Shown here piece by piece: positions 48,976 through 58,290 of a DNA stretch of 64,000 nucleotides (the first letter of the stretch is position 1; each line of letters opens with the position of its first letter). The position numbers and the translations under genes are program-made. The notes under the pieces were generated by a model. The model did not search any database. It was not told the DNA's origin and worked only from the letters and a program-made list of their open reading frames with translations. Location of the stretch: assembly GCA_963662285.2 (NCBI GenBank), contig CAXXMV010000008.1, positions 736,001 through 800,000 of the forward strand, read 5' to 3'. Origin of the DNA: a bacterium. Lineage in GTDB: Bacteria > Hinthialibacterota > Hinthialibacteria > Hinthialibacterales > Hinthialibacteraceae.

Positions 48976-51900
48976 CATTTGCTCCACTCAAATTTCCGCC
49001 ATAGAGGAAATGATATATTGGCGTTAGTAGACTTACCATTCAATTCACGCACCCGGATAATGATGCCATCCGCATTTTCAGCCTTTTTGATGTTCTGAAT
49101 CAACACATTGGGCGTATCCATAGAAGCCAGCGACATGGTTTGATCCGTCAGCAGACCATCTGGATTGATTCCCAAAGGTTCAACGCAGAATGGAGACGTC
49201 ACATGATCAGCGAATTGATTCGCCTGATCGGGCGCCCATGCATCCTTATGAAAAATCATGGAATAACGGAACACCGCCGGACCGCCCTGGCTCGCTTTAT
49301 AATTGGTAAACCAATAATTGTTCATGGCGAAAGAGAACAGATGCGTGTTAACCAACGGAAGATGCTCCAACCAGGGCTGCTCAGCATGCATATCGCAAAG
49401 TTCAACCAATGGAGCGTCATGAGTAACCCAGGTAACTCCATAATCTTTATTGGACGCATCAACCCAACGGCGCACGGTATATATATTACGGTTGGCGCCG
49501 GGAATCTGTTCTGTTTCAGGATGCATCGAAGCCAGGGGAATCTCCAGGGTGAATACTCCCTCAGGAACCTTGAATGGAAAAGCGAACCGCACCGCTTCTT
49601 TGTCGCGGATATCGCTTTTAAGCATGGTATTGATAAAGTCAATCCGGTTTTGCTGAGGATAAAGCCTGATCTCCTGTTGCAGAGATTCAATTCCCTGCCC
49701 TTCAATATGGGCGATCAACGTACCGCTCATACCCAGAGGATCGCGCTTGGATTTCAAGATAACCTGCCGGGCGCTTTTACTATCTTTACCATTAGCGCCC
49801 GATACATGTAGATATTGGTTTAAACCATAAGAACTGTCAGCATCGACTAACTGAAGACTCTCAGGCAGATAAACCAGCGACGAAATGGCGCCGGTTTTCT
49901 TATCCAGTTTCACTTCCCAATCTCCGCCAAGCATCACGCCATCCGATACGTCTATATCAATTGCAGAAACATCCGTTTCACACTTCTCTGGAACAAACTT
50001 AAAGATCGAGTATCCCAATGCAGGAATATCCGCAACCTGGAAAACATATCCTTCATCAGTGCGGATCACCGCTGACCGTTTACCACTGGCATCAACCGCC
50101 GTCCATTGATCAGCAGAAACCAGTTCTCCCAGCGCTGCACTATATGGAATCACGGCCTTACCAGATCGCTTCCACTGGGTCAGGTTCCACACCGCAAAAC
50201 TTAATGGTTGATCATTCTTGATATTGCCGCTTAGGGCTTGCAAGCCGCCCCGCTTTAATTCTGCTGAATACCACAATGCATTATGAGCGAAACTGCGCTT
50301 GGTCTCCCATTGCTTGGTGGCGAATTCGGATTCAGGTTCAGTTATACTGTTATGCGCCCCCCAGGTATGCTCGCTATAAAGCATGGCATAGTCATAACCT
50401 TGTTCGATCTTTTTCGATGGAACCGCTTGTTGAGCACCCAGGGCGTAAGCCAGTGACCATGCTTTTTCTGATTCCTGCATACGAAGCGTCGCCGTGCGGT
50501 TCATCGCGCTTTCCCGCGCAGTCGATCCCGCTCCATCTTCCCAATACGGCGTATAGTCTCCCTTATAAGATGGGATTTGATCTTTATATTTAGATTCCAG
50601 ATACTGCGAAGGCGCCGCCGCGCCGGATAGAATCAAATGTGGAACCTGATATTGCTGATTCCACTCCTGCACCATATTAGAAAGATGATCAGGTGGAGGC
50701 GTATTATCAACTAAATACGCCCGGAACTGCGCCACGTCATAGGGATACGCTTCATCGGCTTCATAGTCAGACAGAACTTGCAGAAACTGAGCAACGCCAT
50801 CTTCTGAACGCAGCATATTGAAATTATTGGAATATCCATAACCCGTATTCCAAACCAAAACCTTACTCACCCCATCCGGTCCAATCCAATAATATGGATG
50901 ATATTTCAACGCTATAGTGGTGAATCCGATGCGGGCGGTATGGTTAGGACCAAGATTAAAATATTTCACGCCGGAACCTGCCAATAAAGGAACCATGCCC
51001 CAGGTATACCCCGGTACATCCGTAATCATGGCCGATACCACTTCCGGGAGGTTTTCACGTTGCGCCAGATGTTTGGAAAAATACACGCTTCGGATAAGTT
51101 CTTCATCACCGCATAAGGCGGTCAGGATATTTCCATACAGCGCGTCAAGCGTAAAGACTCCACTACGCAAATAATCCAACAAACGCTTGCAGTCTTCCTC
51201 CGGTTCAGTGCGTAAAAAATCCTTCAATACCCAGGTCACTTCAGGATTCCAGATATAATGCGCGTCTTTATCATATTTCTTACTGACCGACTCTTCATAT
51301 AAATCCCATGCCTGGCGATAGAATTTTTTATGATCGGCCATAACAATATCCTGGTGGTTGGTATAGCCGATATCAACATGCGATCCCGCCATCAAATAAA
51401 CCCGCCAATCACGGCATGGCTTTACTTTAACTGAGTTTTTATATTCACGTCCGGAAATAATCGCGCGGAATATCACATCACGCGGTTGGTTGGCTCTACC
51501 TACCGCAACCTTTATCCGGCGGGTGGAAGGTTTTTCTATAGACCAGACCGGCTCGGTCGCTTGCTGATCATCATAGACCTCAATCAAATCAAGCGTGTTT
51601 GGATCGACGTAAGCAGGAATGCTTAATTGTAACTCGCGCTTACCGTCTTTATTAACTAGTGGTGGAGAATCAATCTTAAAAAGATGATCGATATATTCGG
51701 TTTCTTCAAATTCTCCCGGCAGAATTACGCTGATGCCTTGGGGAACAATTCCATCAGCATCTTTCAATTGGACGCTAAAATACCATTTCTCTTTACTCTG
51801 GCATATCTTAACCAACAAAGGCTGAGGCCCCTGCCGCACAGAAACCGGGATCACCTCTGCTTTATCAACTGCTCCTTCTGATTTATCATAAACCAGTTTC

Positions 51901-52316
51901 CCTCCCAACCACACTTTGGCGCCATCATCACGCTTGATATGCAACGCCAATTCAAGGTCCTTATCACTTTCCAGAATGCAATAGAAATACGAACAAACTC
52001 CCTCCAGGCCGGGATAACGGTCAGATAACCTGATTTCGGTTTTCTCTTCAAAGAATGGATTCCACAGAAATTGCTTATCCTGAATGATCTCTTTTTTACT
52101 GCGAATTGGTGTAGCGCTGCCCTCACCGGAAAGATAATCCGTGTTATAACCAATCAGCGGTACAGTATCAGTAGCATCATTAATCGGCCCAAGATGCAAC
52201 CATGCGCCTATCGCGCCTTCATCTGATAGTTGAAAAACAACTTCAGGTATGCTCGCATTCGCCATAGACGAAATAAACATCAATAGAAATAATGGATAAA
52301 AGAATTTTGTTCTCAT
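48861..52316 (-). CDS. Secreted GH38 (alpha-mannosidase-like) glycoside hydrolase with a PA14-like N-terminal domain
   Basis: Signal peptide from M52316; DDGAKVWLGG; SHVDIGYT, ITDVPG, YWEDG, SEHTWG. Confidence 0.85.
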   Translation of the reverse strand: MRTKFFYPLFLLMFISSMANASIPEVVFQLSDEGAIGAWLHLGPINDATDTVPLIGYNTDYLSGEGSATPIRSKKEIIQDKQFLWNPFFEEKTEIRLSDRYPGLEGVCSYFYCILESDKDLELALHIKRDDGAKVWLGGKLVYDKSEGAVDKAEVIPVSVRQGPQPLLVKICQSKEKWYFSVQLKDADGIVPQGISVILPGEFEETEYIDHLFKIDSPPLVNKDGKRELQLSIPAYVDPNTLDLIEVYDDQQATEPVWSIEKPSTRRIKVAVGRANQPRDVIFRAIISGREYKNSVKVKPCRDWRVYLMAGSHVDIGYTNHQDIVMADHKKFYRQAWDLYEESVSKKYDKDAHYIWNPEVTWVLKDFLRTEPEEDCKRLLDYLRSGVFTLDALYGNILTALCGDEELIRSVYFSKHLAQRENLPEVVSAMITDVPGYTWGMVPLLAGSGVKYFNLGPNHTARIGFTTIALKYHPYYWIGPDGVSKVLVWNTGYGYSNNFNMLRSEDGVAQFLQVLSDYEADEAYPYDVAQFRAYLVDNTPPPDHLSNMVQEWNQQYQVPHLILSGAAAPSQYLESKYKDQIPSYKGDYTPYWEDGAGSTARESAMNRTATLRMQESEKAWSLAYALGAQQAVPSKKIEQGYDYAMLYSEHTWGAHNSITEPESEFATKQWETKRSFAHNALWYSAELKRGGLQALSGNIKNDQPLSFAVWNLTQWKRSGKAVIPYSAALGELVSADQWTAVDASGKRSAVIRTDEGYVFQVADIPALGYSIFKFVPEKCETDVSAIDIDVSDGVMLGGDWEVKLDKKTGAISSLVYLPESLQLVDADSSYGLNQYLHVSGANGKDSKSARQVILKSKRDPLGMSGTLIAHIEGQGIESLQQEIRLYPQQNRIDFINTMLKSDIRDKEAVRFAFPFKVPEGVFTLEIPLASMHPETEQIPGANRNIYTVRRWVDASNKDYGVTWVTHDAPLVELCDMHAEQPWLEHLPLVNTHLFSFAMNNYWFTNYKASQGGPAVFRYSMIFHKDAWAPDQANQFADHVTSPFCVEPLGINPDGLLTDQTMSLASMDTPNVLIQNIKKAENADGIIIRVRELNGKSTNANISFPLWRKFEWSKCDLVERPIQDASGTSDNGILPFAISGGEIVTYLIEPMD

Positions 52317-52623
52317 TTTTTCCCCTTTTACTCTTTCTTTAAAAAACAAGGAAAATTGCAATCTCTTTATTACATCTTACCAAAATAAAATCCGGAAAAC
52401 CAAGTCTCCTCTCCACCCGGAAGAGGACTAGTACTCTGACCAACTAATTATGTTGAGCGACCTCGTCCCCTCTCCCCACTGTACAGACCGGGTAGATGGG
52501 TAACACATGTTCGGGGACATGGGTTACAGTTTTTTATCAAAACCGGGATTTATCCCAGGTTATTGTTTGAGTTTTTTTTTAGGCATCTAGAGATGCTCAG
52601 GATAATTGGTTGGCTTAGAGGGA

Positions 52624-52723
52624 GGAGGTGAATATTTCACCTCCTGCATTATCCCTCGCACCTCGGATCGGCTATCCCTGGCGGGTTGCACTCCTGCAGC
52701 GCCCGCTTCCGTTTCGCCCAACC
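52624..52723 (-). ncRNA. Putative IS-borne structured RNA, copy C
   Basis: GGC-GAAACGGAA-GCGGG-CGC-TGCA GGAG TGCA-A-CCCGC-CAGGGATA-GCC immediately after the transposase stop. Confidence 0.6.
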
Positions 52724-52728
52724 AATTT

Positions 52729-53895
52729 CTATTGTGACGCCTTTTTCTGGATTGCCAAGTTATCTTCTTTGATTTCATTCAAACGCAGATCGAGCGTCTT
52801 GATTTTTTGTCGGCAAAAATATACGTCCATCATCCCATCGGTCATAGCGGGTTTCAAGGCAACCGGGCATCCTACCAGGGCGCGGCTCACCCGGTAATCT
52901 TCACCACGGTACGCCACCCGACCTCCTTGTTGCACCTTCCTGATAATGCTGCCCGGCGCGTACTCGATATCCGGCAAACTTCCCGGATAAACAAAAGGAC
53001 TGGACGTATAATGGTTAGCCGGGACATCCATATCCAGGGCTTCGTGAGGACGCTCAAAATTGTATTCATAACGCCACTCATCAAACCGCCTTTGGCAATA
53101 TTCCAAATCCACAAACGATTCCCTTATCAGCAATTCTTGCTTAAAGGTCCGGTGAAATCGCTCGACCTTGCCTTGGGTTTGCGGATGGTAGGGGCGACCG
53201 TGATACACGCGAATACCCAATCGTATCAGCCATATTGTCAATCTGGTGTATTCGCAGGTTTTGCATCCTCCCCACGGACTTCCGTTATCCATCAACATCG
53301 CCCGAGGCATACCATACATCCTGAACACGCTTTCCAGGGAGTCTTGCACGGTTTCCCTTTGCTGATTGGCGCACGAAAATAATCCGGGAACAAAGCGCGT
53401 GCAATCATCCAGAATGCTGAGCGGATAACAGCGTGCTTTGAGCGTGGGAAAATCTCCTTTGAAATCCATTTGCCACAATTCGTTGGGCGTATCTTTTTCA
53501 AAACGCTTATAGGCTTTGTGCTTGTGACTTTCCTTTTCATCCAGCAATCCCAGTCGGCGTAACACGGCAGTAATAGTGCTGGCGCTAGGAACATTTTCGT
53601 ATCCCAATTGAATCAGACGAGAGAGAATTTTGCGTCCTCCCCATCCTTTTTCGCGATTTTCTGTAATGGCTTGCTCGATAGACTTATCTGTTTGATGAGG
53701 GCAAGTATTGGGTTTTTTGGAACGGTCTTGGAGATTTTCGCCTCCTCCTTCTTTGTACCGTTTGATCCATTTGTAACCCGTCTTACGGCTGATATCAAAC
53801 CGTTTACATAATTGGCTGATGTTGCTTTCTTCTTGCTGGCTCAACAATACGAATTCTTTTCTCAGAGACATAAGGTCCACCTCGTTCCAGGGCAT
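52729..53895 (-). CDS. IS481-family transposase
   Basis: MPWNEV...ISRKTGYKW, LWQMDFKG, DNGSPW, HPQTQGKVERFHRT, YNFERPHEAL. Confidence 0.95.
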   Translation of the reverse strand: MPWNEVDLMSLRKEFVLLSQQEESNISQLCKRFDISRKTGYKWIKRYKEGGGENLQDRSKKPNTCPHQTDKSIEQAITENREKGWGGRKILSRLIQLGYENVPSASTITAVLRRLGLLDEKESHKHKAYKRFEKDTPNELWQMDFKGDFPTLKARCYPLSILDDCTRFVPGLFSCANQQRETVQDSLESVFRMYGMPRAMLMDNGSPWGGCKTCEYTRLTIWLIRLGIRVYHGRPYHPQTQGKVERFHRTFKQELLIRESFVDLEYCQRRFDEWRYEYNFERPHEALDMDVPANHYTSSPFVYPGSLPDIEYAPGSIIRKVQQGGRVAYRGEDYRVSRALVGCPVALKPAMTDGMMDVYFCRQKIKTLDLRLNEIKEDNLAIQKKASQ

Positions 53896-54099
53896 ATTCT
53901 TCGCCTCCTTTCAAGGCTAGAATACACTCAGGGAATGTGTTACCTATGTCCCCGAACACCTGTTACCCATGTCCCAGGCCTTTACACCCACGGGAGAGGG
54001 CTAGGGTGAGGGGGAATTACAGAAAACCACCTGACAAAATAAACTGGTCGTACTACTAGGGTCAGGGCTGATCTAATAATACAATCCGGCCAAAACACC

Positions 54100-54984
54100 C
54101 TAAATAATCATATAAAATACATTCGTTTTCAAGTCAAATTCTCTCAGTTTCCTAGAAACTTCTTCCGCCTCAGCCTCACTGGTATGCAAACTGAATAGAT
54201 TCGATCCAGACCCGGTCAAACGGGGAGGAGTTGGTGATGCTTTACAAAAATTTTTGTAAGCCTTTTTAACAACAGGATATTTCTTAAAAACAACCTGCTC
54301 AAAAGAATTGAAAAGATAATTAGGAATCCTTCCCCAATCCTGCATCGTCATTGCATTTAATAATCTACGCGCAGACGAATGCTTCTGTACTTTTAATTCA
54401 TCCCATTGGTTATAAGCAATTTTTGAAGAGACTTCTTCATCTGGTGAACATAATACTCCATACAATGGAGGCTTTTTGACGTTTTGGGCAAGATGTATTG
54501 ACACCACGCGATCCCCGACTCCGCTGCAAACGCAAAGGCCGGGTTCAAGGAAAAAAGGTACATCTGCGCCGATACCAACTGCAATCTCTTTTAAAACTGC
54601 TTGTGAAACCTGATCATAAGTTAATTTGTTCAAAGAAAGCAAAACCGTTGCGGCGTCGCTGCTGCCTCCTCCAAGACCAGCGCCTTTGGGAATTCTCTTC
54701 TCGATGTGTATGATTACGCCTTTTGATATCCGGCTCTGATCACAATAACGCTGAGCTGCCTGATAAGCCATATTGTTCTCGTCAGTTGGCAAATCAGGAT
54801 CGCTGCATGTTAAAACAATACCGGGTTTTGTAGTAAGCGAACAAGTGATGGTATCATGAAACGATATTTTGGCGTTAACCATGCTCAGGTCATGATACCC
54901 ATCTTCACGAATGCGTTCGATATCCAAAAACAGATTAATCTTGGCATATGATGCTGATTCAATAGATTGTTTTTCACGCGGCAT
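54100..54984 (-). CDS. ispE: 4-diphosphocytidyl-2-C-methyl-D-erythritol kinase
   Basis: AKINLFL...DGYH, KRIP.GAGLGGGSSDAA, GADVPFF, TGSGS. Confidence 0.95.
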   Translation of the reverse strand: MPREKQSIESASYAKINLFLDIERIREDGYHDLSMVNAKISFHDTITCSLTTKPGIVLTCSDPDLPTDENNMAYQAAQRYCDQSRISKGVIIHIEKRIPKGAGLGGGSSDAATVLLSLNKLTYDQVSQAVLKEIAVGIGADVPFFLEPGLCVCSGVGDRVVSIHLAQNVKKPPLYGVLCSPDEEVSSKIAYNQWDELKVQKHSSARRLLNAMTMQDWGRIPNYLFNSFEQVVFKKYPVVKKAYKNFCKASPTPPRLTGSGSNLFSLHTSEAEAEEVSRKLREFDLKTNVFYMII

Positions 54985-55043
54985 CCAGTTAATCCTCTTT
55001 TTGAGTATACCCTGCAGCCGACCTTTTGGTTTGGCCCGGCCTT

Positions 55044-55772
55044 TCAGGTATTAGATTTTCGCCGCTCCTGGGCGACGGCTCTCGCTAACAACCAATCTTC
55101 TTGAGTCGTTAACTTGAAATTCAACGACGATCCCTCAACCATCTTCACTTTACCCCCAAACAATTCCATAACTTCTCCATCATCCGTTGGATAAGGAGGT
55201 GGAGAACAGGAACAATATGCATCATAAATATCTGAAAAACGAAACGTTTGCGGAGTTTGAGATAACCAATATTTACACCGCTCATGAGTACGAATCACCA
55301 ATCCGGCTTCATCGGTTTCCTTTAATGAGTCTCTTAGTGGAATTCCGATAACGCTTCCAGGGGATTCGTCCAAAGCCTCAAGCGAATCAGTGATAAAACG
55401 CTCCTCAATAAAAGGCCGGGCTGAATCATGTATCAAAACAGCTTCCGGTCTCAAAGAAGCGGAAAAATCCAGACCTTGCTTCACCGAATCAAACCGTTCC
55501 GCACCGCCGCCGGTAAAATTCCCCCGCGCTTTTGGACAGAATTTTTCAATTATTTGTTCTATAACCGATCTATCTTCCATACGTCCCGCAACAACAACAT
55601 GAGACACAATCGGACTCTTTTCAAAAGCTTCCAGACTATACGAAAGAACTGGTCGCCCTTCCAAAGAACGCAGCACCTTATTCTCCCCGCCACCCATCCG
55701 GGTGCTTCGTCCCGCCGCCAGAACTATAGCCGCCACAACATTAAAATTTTTCATAACTGCCTTATTTCTCAT
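55044..55772 (-). CDS. ispD: 2-C-methyl-D-erythritol 4-phosphate cytidylyltransferase
   Basis: LAAG.S.RMG, GG.ER.DSV, IHDSARPF, QTPQ.F, N.K.TT.ED. Confidence 0.95.
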   Translation of the reverse strand: MRNKAVMKNFNVVAAIVLAAGRSTRMGGGENKVLRSLEGRPVLSYSLEAFEKSPIVSHVVVAGRMEDRSVIEQIIEKFCPKARGNFTGGGAERFDSVKQGLDFSASLRPEAVLIHDSARPFIEERFITDSLEALDESPGSVIGIPLRDSLKETDEAGLVIRTHERCKYWLSQTPQTFRFSDIYDAYCSCSPPPYPTDDGEVMELFGGKVKMVEGSSLNFKLTTQEDWLLARAVAQERRKSNT

Positions 55773-55785
55773 TTCTTAAAAAGAA

Positions 55786-55814
55786 ATGCCCCGCTGCTAT
55801 AATACACGGGGCAT
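55786..55814 (-). terminator. Probable terminator of the ribosomal protein operon
   Basis: ATGCCCCG/CGGGGCAT stem followed on the minus strand by TTCTTTT. Confidence 0.55.
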
Positions 55815-55986
55815 AACTATTTTTATAGTTTAACTTATGAATCTGGTTATTTTATCTCTAAAGCGATTATCAAAAAATATGTCCGTTTATCATCACCTTT
55901 GATCTTCGAAAATTCCTCTCTTTTGCGGCTTTTCCGAATCAAAAATCAGAACATTATTATGACATCTACTCTAACGCAAAAACATA

Positions 55987-56289
55987 TCAGGCTTCTGTTT
56001 CAGCAACTGCCTCAGCTTTTAATGCAGCCTCAGCTTTTGAAACCAGTTGCATCAAGCGTGATTTACGCCGCGACGCGTTTCTTGAATGAATCAGATGCGT
56101 CTTGGCGGCGGTATCCAAAGCGGAAACTGCCATTCTTAATTCTGTTTTTGCAACTTCTATATTATTCTCCGATACCGCAACACGTACTTTTTTGATTACT
56201 GTACGTATACGGGATTTAGTTGACCTGTTGTGCGCATTGCGCCTGGCATCCTGCTTCAGACTTTTTGCAGCAGCTTTATGACTCGGCAT
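55987..56289 (-). CDS. rpsT: 30S ribosomal protein S20
   Basis: MPSHKAA.K...N...KS..RT..KK...IH.RNASRRKSRL. Confidence 0.93.
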   Translation of the reverse strand: MPSHKAAAKSLKQDARRNAHNRSTKSRIRTVIKKVRVAVSENNIEVAKTELRMAVSALDTAAKTHLIHSRNASRRKSRLMQLVSKAEAALKAEAVAETEA

Positions 56290-56318
56290 AATTCTCTCTC
56301 CTAATATTAAACCTTGAT

Positions 56319-56807
56319 TTACCTTTGAGTGAATGATAATAATGCCATGTTCCTGGATCGTTTAATGGCATTCGTCAACATTCTTTGATGACCTGCGCAA
56401 GTTCCAGTGATTCTTCTAGGCATGATCTTGCCGCGCTCTGTAAGGAAATCTTTTAACATACGGTAATTCTTATAATCAATATATTTCACTTTCCCGACGC
56501 AAAAACGACATACTTTCCTGCGTGAGAAACGGCGTTTCGGACCACCTGGTCTCCGGGGGCGATAACCATCTTCACCACCGCTAGGCCGACCACCACCACT
56601 ACCGCCTGGCTTCGGTCTGCCGCCATATGAAGTTCTTCCTCTAACAGGAGAAGAAGAGGAAGGACGTCCTGTCCCTGAAGATGGACGCTGCCCTGTCCCC
56701 GAAGATGGACGCTGTCCCGAAGATGGACGTTGTCCCGCTCCTGAAGATGGACGTTGACCCGTTGAAGGACTTGTTGAAGGATTACTTGTATTAGAAATTT
56801 CAGCCAT
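56319..56807 (-). CDS. rpsR: 30S ribosomal protein S18 (Zn-binding type) with a long N-terminal extension
   Basis: RRKVCRFC...IDYKN...[16 protein letters not shown]...AIKRSR. Confidence 0.95.
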   Translation of the reverse strand: MAEISNTSNPSTSPSTGQRPSSGAGQRPSSGQRPSSGTGQRPSSGTGRPSSSSPVRGRTSYGGRPKPGGSGGGRPSGGEDGYRPRRPGGPKRRFSRRKVCRFCVGKVKYIDYKNYRMLKDFLTERGKIMPRRITGTCAGHQRMLTNAIKRSRNMALLSFTQR

Positions 56808-56829
56808 TTATTTACTCCTAAGTTTTCTA

Positions 56830-57270
56830 TCAGAAAGGTAAATCGGCATCCCCGCCTTGCGCTTCGCCGTCTGCTGGCGATGAAGATTGTGGAGGTGGGG
56901 GAGCATCAGAATCATTATAAGATGGAGAATCCACTCCACCTGCCCCGCCAGATCCTCCGCGATCTAAAAATTGGATGTTATCGGCAATCACTTCGTACGT
57001 TGTACGCTTTTGACCTTCTTGCTCCCATTGATTCATTTGCAGAGAGCCGTCAATAGCTGCCATTTGTCCTTTTTTCAGATACTGTCCGCACAATTCAGCC
57101 AGCTTGCGCCATGCGACTGCATTAATGAAATCCGTCTGCCTTTCACCGTTTGCGTTCTTGAAAGGCCTTTCTACGGCGATTCGTAAACGGGCGACGGCTA
57201 TACCACTTTGGGTATAACGAATTTCTGGATCTGCAACCATACGGCCTACGAGGATGACTCGGTTAATCAT
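56830..57270 (-). CDS. ssb: Single-stranded DNA-binding protein
   Basis: INRVILVGR..DPE, C-terminal DLPF. Confidence 0.97.
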   Translation of the reverse strand: MINRVILVGRMVADPEIRYTQSGIAVARLRIAVERPFKNANGERQTDFINAVAWRKLAELCGQYLKKGQMAAIDGSLQMNQWEQEGQKRTTYEVIADNIQFLDRGGSGGAGGVDSPSYNDSDAPPPPQSSSPADGEAQGGDADLPF

Positions 57271-57284
57271 CGGACGCCTCTATA

Positions 57285-57878
57285 TTATTCGCTGCTTTTG
57301 ATTTCAGGCGCAGCGGATTCTTCTGTCTTGCCATCATCAGATGCAACAGGAATTTCTTCTACTGCTGATTCAGCTGACGTGGATTGTTCAATTGATTCAG
57401 AAGGATTTTCGGCAGCTTCTTTTGCGGCGGCGGCTTCTTCAGCAGCTTTCGCAGCAGCGGCTTCTCTGGCGACAGAGGCTTCTTCCGCAGCTTTTATAGC
57501 AGCTAATTCCTCTTCCTTCGCCTTGCGAATCGCTTCCTTCTCTTTCTGCTTCCTCGCTTCATCATACTTATCCTGCTCAAGGCGGGCTTTTGAGACTTTC
57601 AAAGTCATGTGGCGCAGTAAACCGGTATGAGTAGCCTCGTACTCATTAATTTTTAACGGCATATCAGCTGGACCATTAAAATCCATGTTGATATATAATC
57701 CCTCAGTCTTTTTCTTGATCGGAAAAGCAAGGGTTCGCTTACCCCAGTTTACTTCTTTTAATATCTCGCCGCCATCGTCAGTAATAACGGCTTTTACTTC
57801 ATTGGATATCTTCTCGATTTGAGCTTCTTCCAATGAAGCGTCGATGATATAAAGAATCTCATACATCGTGGTACTCAT
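57285..57878 (-). CDS. rpsF: 30S ribosomal protein S6 with an acidic C-terminal tail
   Basis: YE..YI, WGKR.LA.PI.K..EG.Y. Confidence 0.95.
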   Translation of the reverse strand: MSTTMYEILYIIDASLEEAQIEKISNEVKAVITDDGGEILKEVNWGKRTLAFPIKKKTEGLYINMDFNGPADMPLKINEYEATHTGLLRHMTLKVSKARLEQDKYDEARKQKEKEAIRKAKEEELAAIKAAEEASVAREAAAAKAAEEAAAAKEAAENPSESIEQSTSAESAVEEIPVASDDGKTEESAAPEIKSSE

Positions 57879-57885
57879 GCAATAA

Positions 57886-57927
57886 CCTCCTACGGTTAAA
57901 GCCCTTATTACGTGAATAAGGACAGGA
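57886..57927 (-). promoter_or_regulatory. S6:S18 autoregulatory leader RNA
   Basis: UCCU-G-UCCUUAUU...AAUAAGGG-CUUUAA-CCG-U-AGGAGG: hairpin plus conserved CCG next to a sequestered SD upstream of rpsF. Confidence 0.7.
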
Positions 57928-58075
57928 TCAACTCTTCATTCCCCATTATATTAAAACTTATATCAGTTTTTTTCGGGAAATGATAAATACACGAACATGC
58001 AAGAGAATATTTTGCTTCCTAAACACAATTTCATCAAGGGCTGCGCGTCATAAATAGCCGATGGGAATGCTTCTG

Positions 58076-58210
58076 TCTGAATCATGATTTACAGGATTAA
58101 AGGATGAACAGGATAAAAACCTCAACATAATCCAAAAACACCTCGTCATCCATAATCCTTCGCATCCCATAATCCCGAGCATCCTTCCATCCTGGGCATC
58201 CAGATTCAGA
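58076..58210. repeat. Degenerate inverted-repeat element with periodic GGAT/ATCC subrepeats
   Basis: TCTGAATCATGAT...ATCCAGATTCAGA ends. Confidence 0.5.
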
Positions 58211-58232
58211 TGAGATTAAAGTTTAAACAAGA

Positions 58233-58258
58233 ACAGGGACGCCAAAAGGCGTCCCTGT
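58233..58258 (-). terminator. Terminator of hppA
   Basis: ACAGGGACGCC-AAAA-GGCGTCCCTGT perfect stem. Confidence 0.75.
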
Positions 58259-58290
58259 GATTAATTCTTTTAGAATACTTTACTTAAACA

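Larger units (their letters stand above)
52480..53986 (-). mobile_element. Complete IS481-family element
   Basis: TGT...ACA ends with ~49-bp IRs containing repeated GACATGGGTAACA-like boxes; 5-bp CCCAC duplication (52475-52479, 53987-53991). Confidence 0.9.
52432..54055. mobile_element. Putative ~112-bp MITE (CTAG target) carrying a REP that holds the IS481
   Basis: CTAG at 52428-52431 and 54056-54059; imperfect IRs TACTCTGACCAACTAATTATGT / TAGTACGACCAGTTTATTTTGT. Confidence 0.45.

Noticed and set aside
52666-52723. c-di-GMP-II riboswitch call for the repeated motif (GAAAC...GUGCAACC similarity)
   Set aside because: Too short, lacks the expected kink-turn arm, and the covariation supports a different nested-stem fold; needs Infernal to exclude fully
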